From contig CAWCKY010000001.1 in NCBI GenBank assembly GCA_963796275.1, positions 384,001 through 448,000 on the forward strand: 64,000 nt of DNA, given 5' to 3'. Within the stretch, counting starts at the first letter, position 1, and the number at the start of each line of letters is the position of its first letter. This DNA is from an uncultured Acidobacteriota bacterium (GTDB lineage: Bacteria; Acidobacteriota; Blastocatellia; RBC074). Positions 31,460 to 42,932 of the stretch are shown here, piece by piece. The notes under the pieces are model-generated. The model worked only from the letters and a program-made list of their open reading frames with translations. It was not told the origin of the DNA and searched no databases. Both the position numbers and the translations under genes were made by a program.

Positions 31460-33476
31460 ATGCCTTCAACATCGGCTATTGATATCAAACAACGACTGCT
31501 CGCACTCGTGCGCGAGTCTTTCAACATAGATTCTGGACGAAACTGCCGTCGAAATGCCTCCGAAAACAGCACTCGGCGATCTGGCATTCCCCGTCGCATT
31601 CGACCTTGCCAAACGCATCAAGGCCTCGACCGGAGAGAAAAAGAATCCCCGAGAACTGGCAACGAAATTGGCTGAAGGGTTGAGAGCTCTGCCCGGAGTT
31701 TCACGCGTCGAAGTTGCCGGCGCCGGCTATCTCAACATCTTCTTAAACCGGGCTGATATCTTCACACAATTAGCGAATCCGCAGTCGGGAACCGCCAGCC
31801 GCGGCAATTCGCAATCCGGTAAGCTCATCGTCGAGCACACCTCGATCAATCCGAACAAAGCCGCGCACATTGGCCATGTCCGGAACTCGGTACTCGGAGA
31901 CACGACGGCGCGCATCTTGCGCGCGACGGGGGAGAACGTCGAAGTTCACAACTACATTGACAACACGGGAGTGCAGGTGGCCGACGTCGTGGTCGGGTTC
32001 AAACATCTCGAAGACACATCGCTCGACGAGATCAAAAAGTTGGCTGAAGGGCCGGACCGATTTGATTATTACTGCTGGGATTTGTACGTGCGCGTCGGTG
32101 CCTGGTATGAAGCGGATAAATCGCGAAATGAGGTGCGCGCCCGAACTCTGCACGAGATCGAAGAAGCGGGAACGGAAACCGCAGAGATAGCCGAGTATAT
32201 TTCCGCGCGCATAGTCGATTGCCATTTGAAGACGATGGAACGTTTGGATATCAGTTATGATTTGCTTCCGCGCGAACGGGAGATTTTAAATTTGCATTTC
32301 TGGGCGCGCGCTTTTGAGAAATTGAAAGAGACGGGCGCCATCGTTTTCGAGACCGAAGGACGCAGCAAAGGTTGTTGGGTGATGAAGGCGGAAGAGACGG
32401 CGAGACAGGGAAACGATGATGAAAATGAGAACGAGTATGATCCGGACAAAATTATCGTGCGCTCGAATGGCACGGTGACTTATACGGGCAAGGATATCGC
32501 CTATCATCTCTGGAAGCTCGGCAAGCTGGGGCTCGATTTTCATTACAGACTGCTCCGCCGCGATCACCATGGCCGCGAGGTCTGGATCACCACGAGTGAT
32601 GAGAAGGAATCCGTCTCCCCCCACCCGCCATTCGGCAATGGCACGGCATTCTTGAATGTGATAGACGTAGGACAATCGTACCCGCAAGCGAACGTCAAAC
32701 GCGGCGTGATGGAGATCGACCACGACGAACAGGTTGCGCGCAGCGCCCATCTGGCTTACGAGAAGGTCAATCTCACCCCTGAAGCCGCAGCAGAGCTGGG
32801 AGCGGAGCTCTCCGAGGCTGATGCCCAGCGCCGCCAGATCGGGATGTCCGGCCGCAAAGGGCTGGGGGTCAAGGCGGACGACCTGATCGATCGCCTCGAA
32901 GCTGATGCGCTCAGGGAGGTGCAGGCGCGCCACCAGGATTTAAACGAGGCCAGCCAGAAATATATCGCGCACCAGATCGCCGTGGCCGCACTACGATATT
33001 TCCTGCTCAAATATACGCGCAGTTCGATCATCAATTTCGACTTCAAAGAGGCGTTGAGCTTCGATGGTGAAACCGGGCCGTACATTCAGTATGCCGCGGT
33101 CCGCGCAAACAATATTTTCAGAAAACTCGGGCGAAAACCGGATGAATTGCGCGATGATTTTGCCCAATATTCAAATGATCGTATCAATGAGTTCTTTTCG
33201 GGAGAGAGCGGAGACGATCTGTGGTCGTTGGTATACTTTGCCGCGCGCCTGGATGAAGTGACCGCGACGGCCGCCTCGGGCTTTGAGCCTACGCACGTTG
33301 CGAAGTATGCTTTTCAGTTGGCGAAGCAGTTCAATCTCTTCTACCATAATTATCATATCCTGAGCGAAGAGAATGAAACGCGGCGGATCCTGTTGTTGAT
33401 GGTCGCAGATGTGGCCCGGCGGAAATTGGAGCGGGCCTTGGCGTTGCTTGGAATTGAGACGCCGGAGAGGATGTAA
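31460..33476 (+). CDS. argS: Arginyl-tRNA synthetase; apparent frameshift near 31531
   Basis: [37 protein letters not shown]; N-terminus [10 protein letters not shown] lies in the adjacent frame. Confidence 0.93.
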
Positions 33477-34519
33477 TGCTCATCGTAATGAAATCCGACG
33501 CGACGAACTCTGACATCGAGCGCGTCGTTGAAATAATCGACTCCATTGGTCTGAAAGCCCATCCGATGCCCGGGTCAAATCGGACAGCCATCGGTATCAT
33601 CGGGAACACGGGCGCGGTCGATCCCTCCCCGTTCGCCGATCTGCCGGGTGTTTCCGAATGCGTGCGCGTGACCAAGCCATATAAACTGGTAAGCCGCGAA
33701 TTGAAACCGGAAAAGACAGTTATAAAAATAGACGACGCCCGCATTGGCGGCGACGAGTTCGCCGTCATCGCCGGCGCTTGCGCCGTCGAATCGCGCGAGC
33801 AAACTATGATGACTGCCGAAGTCGTCGCGGAGATGGGCTGCCGTTTTTTCCGCGGCGGCGCATTCAAACCACGAACTTCGCCTTATGCCTTCCAGGGACT
33901 GGGCGAAGAGGGATTGAAAATACTCGCCGATGTGCGCGATCGATACGGATTGAAGATCGTGACCGAGGCTACGGATGAGCAGGCGCTCGATCTGACCGAG
34001 AGATACGCGGATGTGATCCAGATCGGCACGCGGAATATGCAGAACTTCAGCCTTCTCAGACGTGCCGGGCAGGTGCGCAAGCCGATCTTGCTCAAGCGCG
34101 GGATGGCTTCGACTATTGAAGAGTTCCTGCTCGCCGCCGAATACATAATGGCCGAAGGCAACTACCAGGTAATCTTATGCGAACGCGGCGTGCGCACATT
34201 TGCCAATCATTCGCGTTTCACGCTCGATCTTTCGCTCATTCCGGCAGTACAGCGTCTCTCACATCTTCCGATCATCATCGATCCGAGCCACTCCACCGGT
34301 AAACGCGAGAAAGTAATCCCGCTCTCGCGCGCCGGAGTCGCTGTCGGGGCGGATGGGTTGATCGTCGATGTCCATCCTTATCCCGAACGCGCGCTCTGCG
34401 ACGGGCCGCAGGCACTCCTGTTCGATATGTTCCGCGAGATGGTAGTACAGGTGCGCTCGATAGATGAGATCGTCAGACGCCATGCCGAGGTTCAGAGCAC
34501 TGCATTTGTAGGTGATTAG
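33476..34519 (+). CDS. aroF: DAHP synthase type I-beta with N-terminal regulatory domain
   Basis: [41 protein letters not shown]. Confidence 0.93.
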   Translation: MLIVMKSDATNSDIERVVEIIDSIGLKAHPMPGSNRTAIGIIGNTGAVDPSPFADLPGVSECVRVTKPYKLVSRELKPEKTVIKIDDARIGGDEFAVIAGACAVESREQTMMTAEVVAEMGCRFFRGGAFKPRTSPYAFQGLGEEGLKILADVRDRYGLKIVTEATDEQALDLTERYADVIQIGTRNMQNFSLLRRAGQVRKPILLKRGMASTIEEFLLAAEYIMAEGNYQVILCERGVRTFANHSRFTLDLSLIPAVQRLSHLPIIIDPSHSTGKREKVIPLSRAGVAVGADGLIVDVHPYPERALCDGPQALLFDMFREMVVQVRSIDEIVRRHAEVQSTAFVGD

Positions 34520-34528
34520 CCTGCCGAA

Positions 34529-34645
34529 GCGGATTACATTTATCATTTTACATTTGTAATTTTACATTTTTCATTGATTAGCCGCGAATCCAATTATCAA
34601 TGACAAATGTAGAATGATAAATGTAAAATGGTAAATGTAATCCGC
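34529..34645. repeat. Heptamer-arm palindrome (TTTACAT/ATGTAAA) between convergent genes
   Basis: cggattacatttatcattttacatttg ... caaatgtagaatgataaatgtaaaatggtaaatgtaatccg. Confidence 0.8.
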
Positions 34646-34651
34646 CTGAAC

Positions 34652-36934
34652 CTACTCAACTACAAAATTGACTCTCCGATGAGCTGTCGCCCTCGTCAAT
34701 CGGTCTATGGCCAACAATCTCAACTCATAATTGCCGGCATCGAATCCGCCGAGGGAGACCCGAGCTGCATAGGGCAGCCGCTGAAGATCGCCATCAGACG
34801 CCGGTGTGACTTTTGCCAGAGGAGAGGCATAGACCAGTTTGCTTCCCGAATAGACCTGCGACTGAATGACGACATCTGGTGAACCTTTTTTATCCGCTTT
34901 TGCGTTATAGACGAAGACCAGGAAATCAGCCTTGCCGCCACGCTTGTATCGCCTTATGGCCGCGGTGGGCCTGGGCTGATAGGTTTTCCCATCGTCTCCA
35001 TTCTGAGAGGACCCATCGTCCTCCGCCGCCGAGATAAATATACTGCTGAGCGCCAGCTGTTTCTTGGTCAAATCCGGAATCTCCACCCAGCAGGCTGCGC
35101 TTCCCAGCCGTGCGGTCCCTTCCTCGCGCAATGCAACTCTTGTTTGATAAAACCCCGGCTTGAGGGAAACATACTTCAGATAGTTGAACCCCTGTTTTAC
35201 TACCGCATCCAGCGAGCTCGGCTTCAAATTGATACTGAGACGCTCGCTGAAACTTTGTGCAATTTTTCCCCGTTCATCGAAGATCGCGCCGGTCAGATCG
35301 AGGGCTCCATTATGAAGCCCGTTCGCCTGCAGGAGTTCGAGGGCGCTGGCGTCGATGTGGGCAGTGATCATCGCGACGGGACCGCGATCGGCGATGTCAA
35401 TGAAATCGACCGACATCTCGAGAGGGATGTCACGCAAGGGGAAGAGTGATACCAATCCCGATCTGATTTGCGCCGCTTTGGCGGCCTTTGCTTGCTGCTC
35501 AGCTTTTTCTTTCTGTTTTTCAGAAAGTTTTTCGGCCTTCTTCTCTACTTTTTCTGATTTTTCTGTAGACGCTAAGTAGCCCTTACGCGTACGAACCTTC
35601 AGCTCCGGTCGGTCGGCGATGCGCACTTCGATCCGGTGAAAACGTCCATCGCGTCGCGATTCCGGAGGCTCATACGCCAGCACGTAATAAACCTCGTTGT
35701 CATCCAATACTCGTTGGAGCCCGAGATTGAGGTCGTTGTTGTTGATGACGAGAAAGCCGCCGGTATCTTGGGCGAGAGCGTTCATTCCATCACGCTTCGC
35801 CTCGATTGCTCTCTGCTCGATCCCCACTCGCGCACCTGGCAGCTCTGTGGCGAATGTCGCAGGCGCCGATGCATCCCCACCGGGCGGCGCGGCGATCAGC
35901 CCGCGCGCGTCGATCGAATAAATGACGACGCCCGAGCGCGTCGCGGCATCGATGATTCTTTGAATATCATAGACCTGTGAAGAGTTGTTTCCACCCAAAA
36001 AGAACCCGTCGGAGAGCAGGACCAACATCTTACGCCCCGTGAGCTGGCGCAGGCTGCGAATGACGCTGTCGAGCGTATCGAGCGTAGACCTAGTGTAGTG
36101 AGCGTTCTGAGCAACGATCAAACGCGCTTTCGATCTCGCCTGCTCCTCCGCCCGTTCCTGGGCCGATCCGCTTCCCATCGATCCTCCCCTCCCACCCCCT
36201 CCTCTCTGGGCCGGCACCGAGGGAGACTCAAGCCGCAAAATCTCTAATGCCGCCAATTCCAGCGCCTGGCGGTCTCCCCGGTCGATCAACTCCGCCTGGT
36301 AATCGGTGATGCGCGGCACGTCGAAGGAGTTGGTGACGGTGCGCGTCTGGACGGAGAGACGATCGACCGCTCGCTCAAGTATCGTACGATCTGTGGTGAA
36401 TTGTTGAAACAACCCGATATTGCCGCTCGTGGTGATAAAAGCTACCTGATCTCCCGCGACCATCTGATCATTGATGAACCGATGTAAAACTCGTTTGGCG
36501 ATCAACAGGTTTTCAGGCGCCAGATGAAAATCGTCTACCGCAATGACGATATAACGTTCGGCGCGAACCTCTGTCGAAGTTTGAGCGGCGCTGGCATCAC
36601 CCGCGATCGGTCTCCTTTCAGGTCTCAACCAGGTCGCCGGTTTGACGGATGTGCCGGCGGCAAAATGAGTGATCGGTTGTCGCTTCCCGTCCTCAAAAAG
36701 CTCGAAATCCTCGCGCCTCAAATCGCGAATGAGGCTCCCTTTTTTATCCGCCACTACAACGTCGATCTGAACCAGCTCGGTCTCAACTCTGAGGACTGCC
36801 TGATTCTTTTTTTCTTTATCGTTCTGTTCCTGTGGTTGTGTTGAAGATTGAGCCACCGCCGGATAAAAACTGAACACAATGAAGAGCGCGTAAAAACCAA
36901 TGATGGCGAGCTTCCTGGGCGGACTGAGATTCAT
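34652..36934 (-). CDS. Secreted VWA-domain protein (acidobacterial VWFA-related type)
   Basis: VETELVQIDVVVADKKG..DLRREDFELFEDGKRQ, GRKMLVLLSDGF, LAQDTGG, YYVLAYEP..DGRFHRIEV..RTRKGY. Confidence 0.88.
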   Translation of the reverse strand: MNLSPPRKLAIIGFYALFIVFSFYPAVAQSSTQPQEQNDKEKKNQAVLRVETELVQIDVVVADKKGSLIRDLRREDFELFEDGKRQPITHFAAGTSVKPATWLRPERRPIAGDASAAQTSTEVRAERYIVIAVDDFHLAPENLLIAKRVLHRFINDQMVAGDQVAFITTSGNIGLFQQFTTDRTILERAVDRLSVQTRTVTNSFDVPRITDYQAELIDRGDRQALELAALEILRLESPSVPAQRGGGGRGGSMGSGSAQERAEEQARSKARLIVAQNAHYTRSTLDTLDSVIRSLRQLTGRKMLVLLSDGFFLGGNNSSQVYDIQRIIDAATRSGVVIYSIDARGLIAAPPGGDASAPATFATELPGARVGIEQRAIEAKRDGMNALAQDTGGFLVINNNDLNLGLQRVLDDNEVYYVLAYEPPESRRDGRFHRIEVRIADRPELKVRTRKGYLASTEKSEKVEKKAEKLSEKQKEKAEQQAKAAKAAQIRSGLVSLFPLRDIPLEMSVDFIDIADRGPVAMITAHIDASALELLQANGLHNGALDLTGAIFDERGKIAQSFSERLSINLKPSSLDAVVKQGFNYLKYVSLKPGFYQTRVALREEGTARLGSAACWVEIPDLTKKQLALSSIFISAAEDDGSSQNGDDGKTYQPRPTAAIRRYKRGGKADFLVFVYNAKADKKGSPDVVIQSQVYSGSKLVYASPLAKVTPASDGDLQRLPYAARVSLGGFDAGNYELRLLAIDRLTRATAHRRVNFVVE

Positions 36935-37166
36935 ATGAGCGGTCCCCGTTTGATTTTGCCTGACTGCCTGGTATAACTTTTTGGATAAGATATAACAATT
37001 TTATCATCTTTGGACGCTGAAGGGATGTTTGTGACCGCGGATTCAATCTCCGGCCGAGGTTTTTCGGAACTTTTTATAAGCTCTGTAGGTAATTTTCTTT
37101 GTGAGATATTCCCACAGGCGCCATTTAGTAATTTCAAATAATGAGCATGGAAGGAGCGAGATTGCG

Positions 37167-38363
37167 ATGAAGACATCTTATGAGATCACTGCCAAACAAA
37201 TGGTTATACTCGCACTTGTAACAGCGTTCTTTGCGGCGACCGCGGTTGTCCTATACGATCGCTTCGGTGCTGAGTTACTCGGAAAAATGGTGGGAGCGAA
37301 ACCTGGGGCTACGATCGGAACCGGATCTATTGAGGGTTTGACGGACCCGTCGGTTGCCACTGATGAAAAGAACAATCAGGAGGTCTATAAGGCATTGAGC
37401 CCTGGAGTTGTAAACATCACCTCGACTGTTATCCTGCGCGATTGGTTTTATGAGGCTTATCCAAAAGAGGGATCGGGGTCGGGCTCGATTATCGACAAAG
37501 AGGGTCGAATCCTGACCAATAACCATGTGATTGAAGGTGCCCAAAAGCTCGTCGTCACCCTGTCAAATAAAAAGGAGTATGAGGCGAAAGTGCTCGATGC
37601 CGATTCTGACAACGATCTGGCGGTAATAAAAATCGACGCGCCGGCCGAGGAGTTAACGGCAGTCCCACTGGGCAATTCGAAAGATGTGTTCGTCGGTCAG
37701 AAAGTTTTGGCGATCGGTAACCCGTTCGGTTTGGATCGGACGCTCACCACTGGCGTTGTCTCCGGTCTTTCGCGCCCGGTTCGGTCCGAATCAAATCGCC
37801 TGATCGAGGGAGTGATTCAGACCGATGCCGCAATCAATCCCGGTAATTCGGGTGGCCCGCTGCTGAACTCACGCGGTCAGATGATTGGGATAAATACATT
37901 GATTTACAGCCCATCGGGCGGCTCGGTCGGCATCGGATTCGCCGTGCCCGTCGATACGGCAAAACGCGTAATCAATGATGTCCTGCAATACGGGCACGTC
38001 CGTAAACCCAAACTCGGCATTACCTCTTTGCAAATAACCCCTGGTCTCGTGCGAGAGCTGAATCTGCCTGTGAGTGAAGGGATGCTCATAGCCGAAGTGC
38101 TGCGAGGAGGCTCCGCAGAGAAGGCTGGCATTCAAGGCGCAACTTCTCAGGTTCGGATCGGAAGATATGTGATCCCGGTGGGCGGAGACATACTCGTCAG
38201 CATTGACGGGCAGCCCATCAAATCACAGGACGATCTCTATCGAGTGGTCAACAACAAAAACATTGGTGATCGAGTGCAGCTCGAGGTCGTGCGTGGCAGC
38301 CGCAGAATGAATGTAACATTGCAGTTAGACGAGCTGCCTCCCACCGGAAGAAGACGTGTTTAA
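37167..38363 (+). CDS. HtrA/DegP-like trypsin protease with one PDZ domain
   Basis: [33 protein letters not shown]; AAGGAG RBS before MKTSY. Confidence 0.93.
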   Translation: MKTSYEITAKQMVILALVTAFFAATAVVLYDRFGAELLGKMVGAKPGATIGTGSIEGLTDPSVATDEKNNQEVYKALSPGVVNITSTVILRDWFYEAYPKEGSGSGSIIDKEGRILTNNHVIEGAQKLVVTLSNKKEYEAKVLDADSDNDLAVIKIDAPAEELTAVPLGNSKDVFVGQKVLAIGNPFGLDRTLTTGVVSGLSRPVRSESNRLIEGVIQTDAAINPGNSGGPLLNSRGQMIGINTLIYSPSGGSVGIGFAVPVDTAKRVINDVLQYGHVRKPKLGITSLQITPGLVRELNLPVSEGMLIAEVLRGGSAEKAGIQGATSQVRIGRYVIPVGGDILVSIDGQPIKSQDDLYRVVNNKNIGDRVQLEVVRGSRRMNVTLQLDELPPTGRRRV

Positions 38364-38399
38364 TCTCTGACAGATTTGATTCATGACAAATTACAAAAA

Positions 38400-38467
38400 T
38401 AAAAAACAACAAAGGGGCAGGGGAGGAAGTTATCTCGTCTTTCTCCCCCGCTCCTTTGTTGTTTTTG
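38400..38467. terminator. Bidirectional stem-loop between convergent genes
   Basis: AAAAACAACAAAGGGGC..GCTCCTTTGTTGTTTTT. Confidence 0.65.
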
Positions 38468-38497
38468 CTCTTTTCGTGATTTTTGGGCTGAAAGTTT

Positions 38498-39028
38498 CTA
38501 CTTAGCTTTAAACGAACGCGCTATAGCATCTGTCTGATTTCTCAAGGGACTCAGCGTATTCTTCCGGCCCGTAAAACGCAGGATGTATATCGATTTCTCG
38601 CCTGTTCGCACATAATAATTGCGCCCGGTGAACGGCTGCCCCGAAGAGTTCTTGTAGTCGTATGCGAGAAGCGCACCGAGTTTGCCTCCGGGGAGCGCGA
38701 ATTTTTCGATGCTCAGCCTGTCGTACGCAGGCAGATACTGGACTACGGACTGTTCATCCTGCTTGGCGAATTCGAACACTTGCAGATCGGAACTGGCGTC
38801 GTCGATTTTCCGAAATTTGAGCGCTCCGTTTTCACGGATCCTGTAGACGATGTTGACATCATTTCGTCCCAGACTGTCCTGGTTAACGACCGCTATCCAT
38901 CCAGCCGGCAGCGTCACCGTGTACTCGCCGTCAGGGTCATCGAAAACTTCCTGCGCATTTGCAGCGGCTGAAAAAATTAAGAGAAGAATTGTGAGGAAGA
39001 TCAGGCGGTTAAATGAGCAAGCTATCAA
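38498..39028 (-). CDS. Hypothetical exported protein (PsbP/DcrB-like pattern)
   Basis: TTG start overlapping the rph stop with GAAGGAG RBS; signal peptide ending ANA-Q; [15 protein letters not shown]. Confidence 0.7.
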   Translation of the reverse strand: MIACSFNRLIFLTILLLIFSAAANAQEVFDDPDGEYTVTLPAGWIAVVNQDSLGRNDVNIVYRIRENGALKFRKIDDASSDLQVFEFAKQDEQSVVQYLPAYDRLSIEKFALPGGKLGALLAYDYKNSSGQPFTGRNYYVRTGEKSIYILRFTGRKNTLSPLRNQTDAIARSFKAK

Positions 39029-39855
39029 GATGCATTCTCCTTCCAATTGATTCGACCGCGCGAAGAAGGGTCCATCATCACGCGTATGTTTTTCCCATCG
39101 AGTGCTCGGACGAGCGTGTCCTGCTGGATTGCAATTAAACTTTCTACCCCGGTTTCGGCAGCCGCGATCATCTCGTCCATCTGGGAGCGAGTAAATGCTT
39201 CGGTCTCCGCTGTCCCCTGAATCTCGACGAAACGGCCATCGCCTGTCCGCACAACATTCATATCGACATCGGCGGAGGAATCTTCGCCATAATCCAGGTC
39301 GAGAAGCATGCACCCACCCACGATCCCGACGCTCACTGCGGCGACATAGTCACGAAGCATGGCGCGTTCCAATTTGCCCTCTTCCATATATTTATTCAGG
39401 GCCAGCGCGAGCGCGACAAAACCACCGGTGATCGAAGCAGTTCGGGTGCCGCCATCAGCCTGAATCACGTCGCAGTCGACGGTGACGGTACGTTCGCCGA
39501 CCGCTGACATATCGATAATCGAACGCAGGCTACGGCCTATCAGACGCTGAATCTCCTGGGTTCGCCCTGATGGACCGCCACGTCCGATTTCGCGCTGCGT
39601 GCGCGTCTCTGTCGCGCGAGGCAGCATGGCATATTCCGCCGTCACCCAGCCAACTCCTTTGCCTTTCAAGAATGAAGGGATGCGCTCTTCCACGGTAGCT
39701 GTGCAAACGACGCGGGTGTGTCCCATCTCGATCAGGACTGAGCCTTCCGCATATTTAGTATATCCAGGCGTCATCTTTACCGGCCGAAGCTCCGATGACG
39801 CGCGTCCATTCGAACGGGTCTCTGCTTTTTCTTTATTATGTTTCAAGTCTGTCAC
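39025..39855 (-). CDS. rph: Ribonuclease PH
   Basis: [52 protein letters not shown]. Confidence 0.96.
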   Translation of the reverse strand: MTDLKHNKEKAETRSNGRASSELRPVKMTPGYTKYAEGSVLIEMGHTRVVCTATVEERIPSFLKGKGVGWVTAEYAMLPRATETRTQREIGRGGPSGRTQEIQRLIGRSLRSIIDMSAVGERTVTVDCDVIQADGGTRTASITGGFVALALALNKYMEEGKLERAMLRDYVAAVSVGIVGGCMLLDLDYGEDSSADVDMNVVRTGDGRFVEIQGTAETEAFTRSQMDEMIAAAETGVESLIAIQQDTLVRALDGKNIRVMMDPSSRGRINWKENAS

Positions 39856-40664
39856 TTCCCCACAATTCTACGGCCTCCAGATGCTCCAGAGGCTCACCAA
39901 GTATTCTCTCCGCGATACGATGAAATCGCTTTGCCGCATCAGTGACATAGAACCGATAAATGGCCTCATCCCCGGTTTGATTGAGCAATCCCTCTCTTTC
40001 GAGCAATTGCGCCGTCTCTTCCGCAGTTGCCTCCGCCGAATCAACCAGAATCACTTTGCCCCCTATCGTTTCACCGATGACGCGTTTGAGCAAGGGATAA
40101 TGGGTGCAACCGAGCACGAGCGTATCGATCTTCTGCTCGCGCAGCGGGGCAAGGTACTGTTCAGCCACCAGGCGCGCGATCTGCGAATCGGTCTCGCCTT
40201 CTTCGACGAGCGGAACAAAGAGCGGGCAGGCGCGCGCGAAGATTTCAGCTTTCCTCTCTCCGATCGATTCTTCAATCGCGTGGTCGTACGCTTTACTTTC
40301 AATCGTCGCTTCAGTGGCTATCACCCCGATGCGGTCCGACCGCGTGACGCGCGCGGCCATCCTCGCTCCGGGACCCAGCACGGTCAATAACGGGAGATCG
40401 AACTCCCGCCGCAGTCTTTCGCGTGACATTGCCGATGCCGTGTTACAGGCGACCACGATCATCTTCACACCTTTGTCTACAAGAAATGCCGCATCCTCGA
40501 TAGCATAACGTTCGATTGTCTCCCGGGATTTAGTCCCGTAGGGTACGCGAGCGGTGTCGCCCAGATAAATGACGCTTTCACTCGGCAGGCGCCTGCGAAC
40601 AGCGCGCAACACCGTCAAGCCGCCTACACCGGAATCGAAGATGCCAATCGGCAGGGATACTCAT
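39836..40664 (-). CDS. murI: Glutamate racemase; apparent frameshift near 40655
   Basis: [38 protein letters not shown]; ATG at 40664 is one base out of frame. Confidence 0.93.
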
Positions 40665-40675
40665 CGTGGAAAAGC

Positions 40676-40775
40676 AAAAGGCAAAATGATAATTGATAGT
40701 TGATAACTGATAATTCGTACCCACTGGGGCGACAATTTATACGAATTATCAATTATTAATTATCATTTTGCCTTG
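40676..40775. repeat. REP-like palindrome with TGATAAT heptamer arms, downstream of tmRNA
   Basis: aaggcaaaatgataattgatagttgataactgataattcgta..tatacgaattatcaattattaattatcattttgcctt. Confidence 0.8.
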
Positions 40776-40779
40776 CAAG

Positions 40780-41142
<363 letters not shown>

Positions 41143-41186
41143 ATCGAAGGTTTACACAGGTTTACACCTGGTCGCGAACATCTTAG

Positions 41187-41216
41187 AGTTTACGTGGATG
41201 GTTTGAGTAGTGTCAA
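41187..41216 (-). promoter_or_regulatory. Sigma70 promoter for ssrA
   Basis: TTGACA-18 nt-TAAACT on the minus strand. Confidence 0.65.
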
Positions 41217-41320
41217 GAAACCATCAATACATAGCTAATAACGATTAACTATAAATTTTCGTTGTGATTCTCGTGGTGAACCTTCTCACCGGATTTATGA
41301 ACCATCTTCATTCAATTGCG

Positions 41321-42841
41321 ATGAATTCTCAGACAAAACTGGTTTGTGTGCCTATCACCGAAACATCCGTTGACAAGTGTTTTGCTGCCATTGCTGATTC
41401 CGAGCGGCTCGCCGATATCATAGAACTGCGGCTCGACTATTTCTCCGCCGCAACTTTGCCGCTAGTGATTGCCGAATTAGAGGCGCGCATCCGGCAGATC
41501 AGCAAACCGCTGATCATAACATTTCGCCCGCGCGAGCAAGGCGGCAAGCGAGATCTGACTCTACCAGACAGGCAGAGCTTCTGGCGCAACTTGCCGCCGG
41601 GGATCGTCCAGGCAACAGCGTTCGCCGATTTCGAATTCGATCTGGCGGAGATCTTCGCCGAAGCATCGCCGATCCCCTGGAGCAAGATCATCTGCTCCTG
41701 GCACGACGTCGATGAAACTCCGGCAGATCTCTTCGAAATTTATGAACGAATTGCCGCCACTCCCGCCGCGGTCGTCAAAATCGCCACCCGGGTTAACCGA
41801 ATCGGCGATTGCCTGCAACTCATCGATTTAATCGAACGAAAATCTGCCAATAAACCGATCATTGTGCTGGGCATGGATATGCCGGGGTTGATGACGCGCG
41901 TCCTCGCATTGTCGCGCGGAGCGATGCTCACCTTCGGCGCACTGAGACGCGGTGCAGAGAGCGCGAGCGGGCAGCCGACCCTCACAGAGTTAAAAGATCT
42001 CTATCGGGTCGACCGGCTCACGCGCGACAGCGAAGTCTTCGGGGTCATCGGAAACCCAATCGGCCATTCGCGCTCACCCTTGATACACAACGCTATATTG
42101 AAAGCTCTGGGCCGTAACGGCGTCTATTTACCGTTCGAGGTCGATTCCGCGGCCGACTTCGTGCGCGAATTCGTGCGGCCCGCAACCAGAAAGATCGATT
42201 GGCGTTTGCGCGGTTTGAGCGTTACCATCCCTCACAAACTGGCCATCACTACATACCTTGATTCGATCGATCCGACTGCTCAGCGCATCGGAGCGGTCAA
42301 CACCGTAGTCATCGAAGGCGAACGTTTACTCGGTCACAATACGGATGTGATCGGCGCCATGAAACCTCTGGTCGAATTAATAGACATCAAGGGAGCGCGG
42401 GCGGCTGTGATCGGTGCGGGAGGCTCCGCGCGCGCAATCTGCTATGGGCTGGGCGAACGCGGAGCTCACGCGACCGTCTATGCGCGCGATCCGCAAAAGG
42501 CGAAACGGCTGGCCGATGAGTTCAAGACCCGAGCCGGAACGATCGACGGCTTCGATGGGCAAGCCGATCTGGTCGTCAATTGCACGCCTATCGGAATGGC
42601 CGGGCACAGCGAAGGCCAATCCCCGTTGAGGCCTGAACAATTGCGCGGCGTTAAAATCGTATATGACCTGATCTACAATCCCGATGATACCGTATTGCTG
42701 CGCGACGCCCGCGCAGCGGGGTGCCGGACGCTCGCGGGGCTGGCGATGCTGGTTGGACAGGCGGCGGAGCAATTCCGATTGTGGACCGGAATTGATCCGC
42801 CGGTTGACGTGATGTGGCGCGCCGTCTCGAGCAGGGATTAA
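41321..42841 (+). CDS. aroE: Bifunctional type I 3-dehydroquinate dehydratase / shikimate dehydrogenase (AroD-AroE fusion)
   Basis: IELRLD, TFRPREQGG, CSWHD, then GNPIGHSRSP, SVTIPHK, GAVNT, GAGGSAR, NCTPIGM. Confidence 0.92.
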   Translation: MNSQTKLVCVPITETSVDKCFAAIADSERLADIIELRLDYFSAATLPLVIAELEARIRQISKPLIITFRPREQGGKRDLTLPDRQSFWRNLPPGIVQATAFADFEFDLAEIFAEASPIPWSKIICSWHDVDETPADLFEIYERIAATPAAVVKIATRVNRIGDCLQLIDLIERKSANKPIIVLGMDMPGLMTRVLALSRGAMLTFGALRRGAESASGQPTLTELKDLYRVDRLTRDSEVFGVIGNPIGHSRSPLIHNAILKALGRNGVYLPFEVDSAADFVREFVRPATRKIDWRLRGLSVTIPHKLAITTYLDSIDPTAQRIGAVNTVVIEGERLLGHNTDVIGAMKPLVELIDIKGARAAVIGAGGSARAICYGLGERGAHATVYARDPQKAKRLADEFKTRAGTIDGFDGQADLVVNCTPIGMAGHSEGQSPLRPEQLRGVKIVYDLIYNPDDTVLLRDARAAGCRTLAGLAMLVGQAAEQFRLWTGIDPPVDVMWRAVSSRD

Positions 42842-42932
42842 CCAACAAGATTCTAGGGTTTTTCAGGATCGACCTTTACATCTATAATTCCCCCATACGC
42901 GCTTGCCCTAATGTCGAGAGAGGAACATAAAA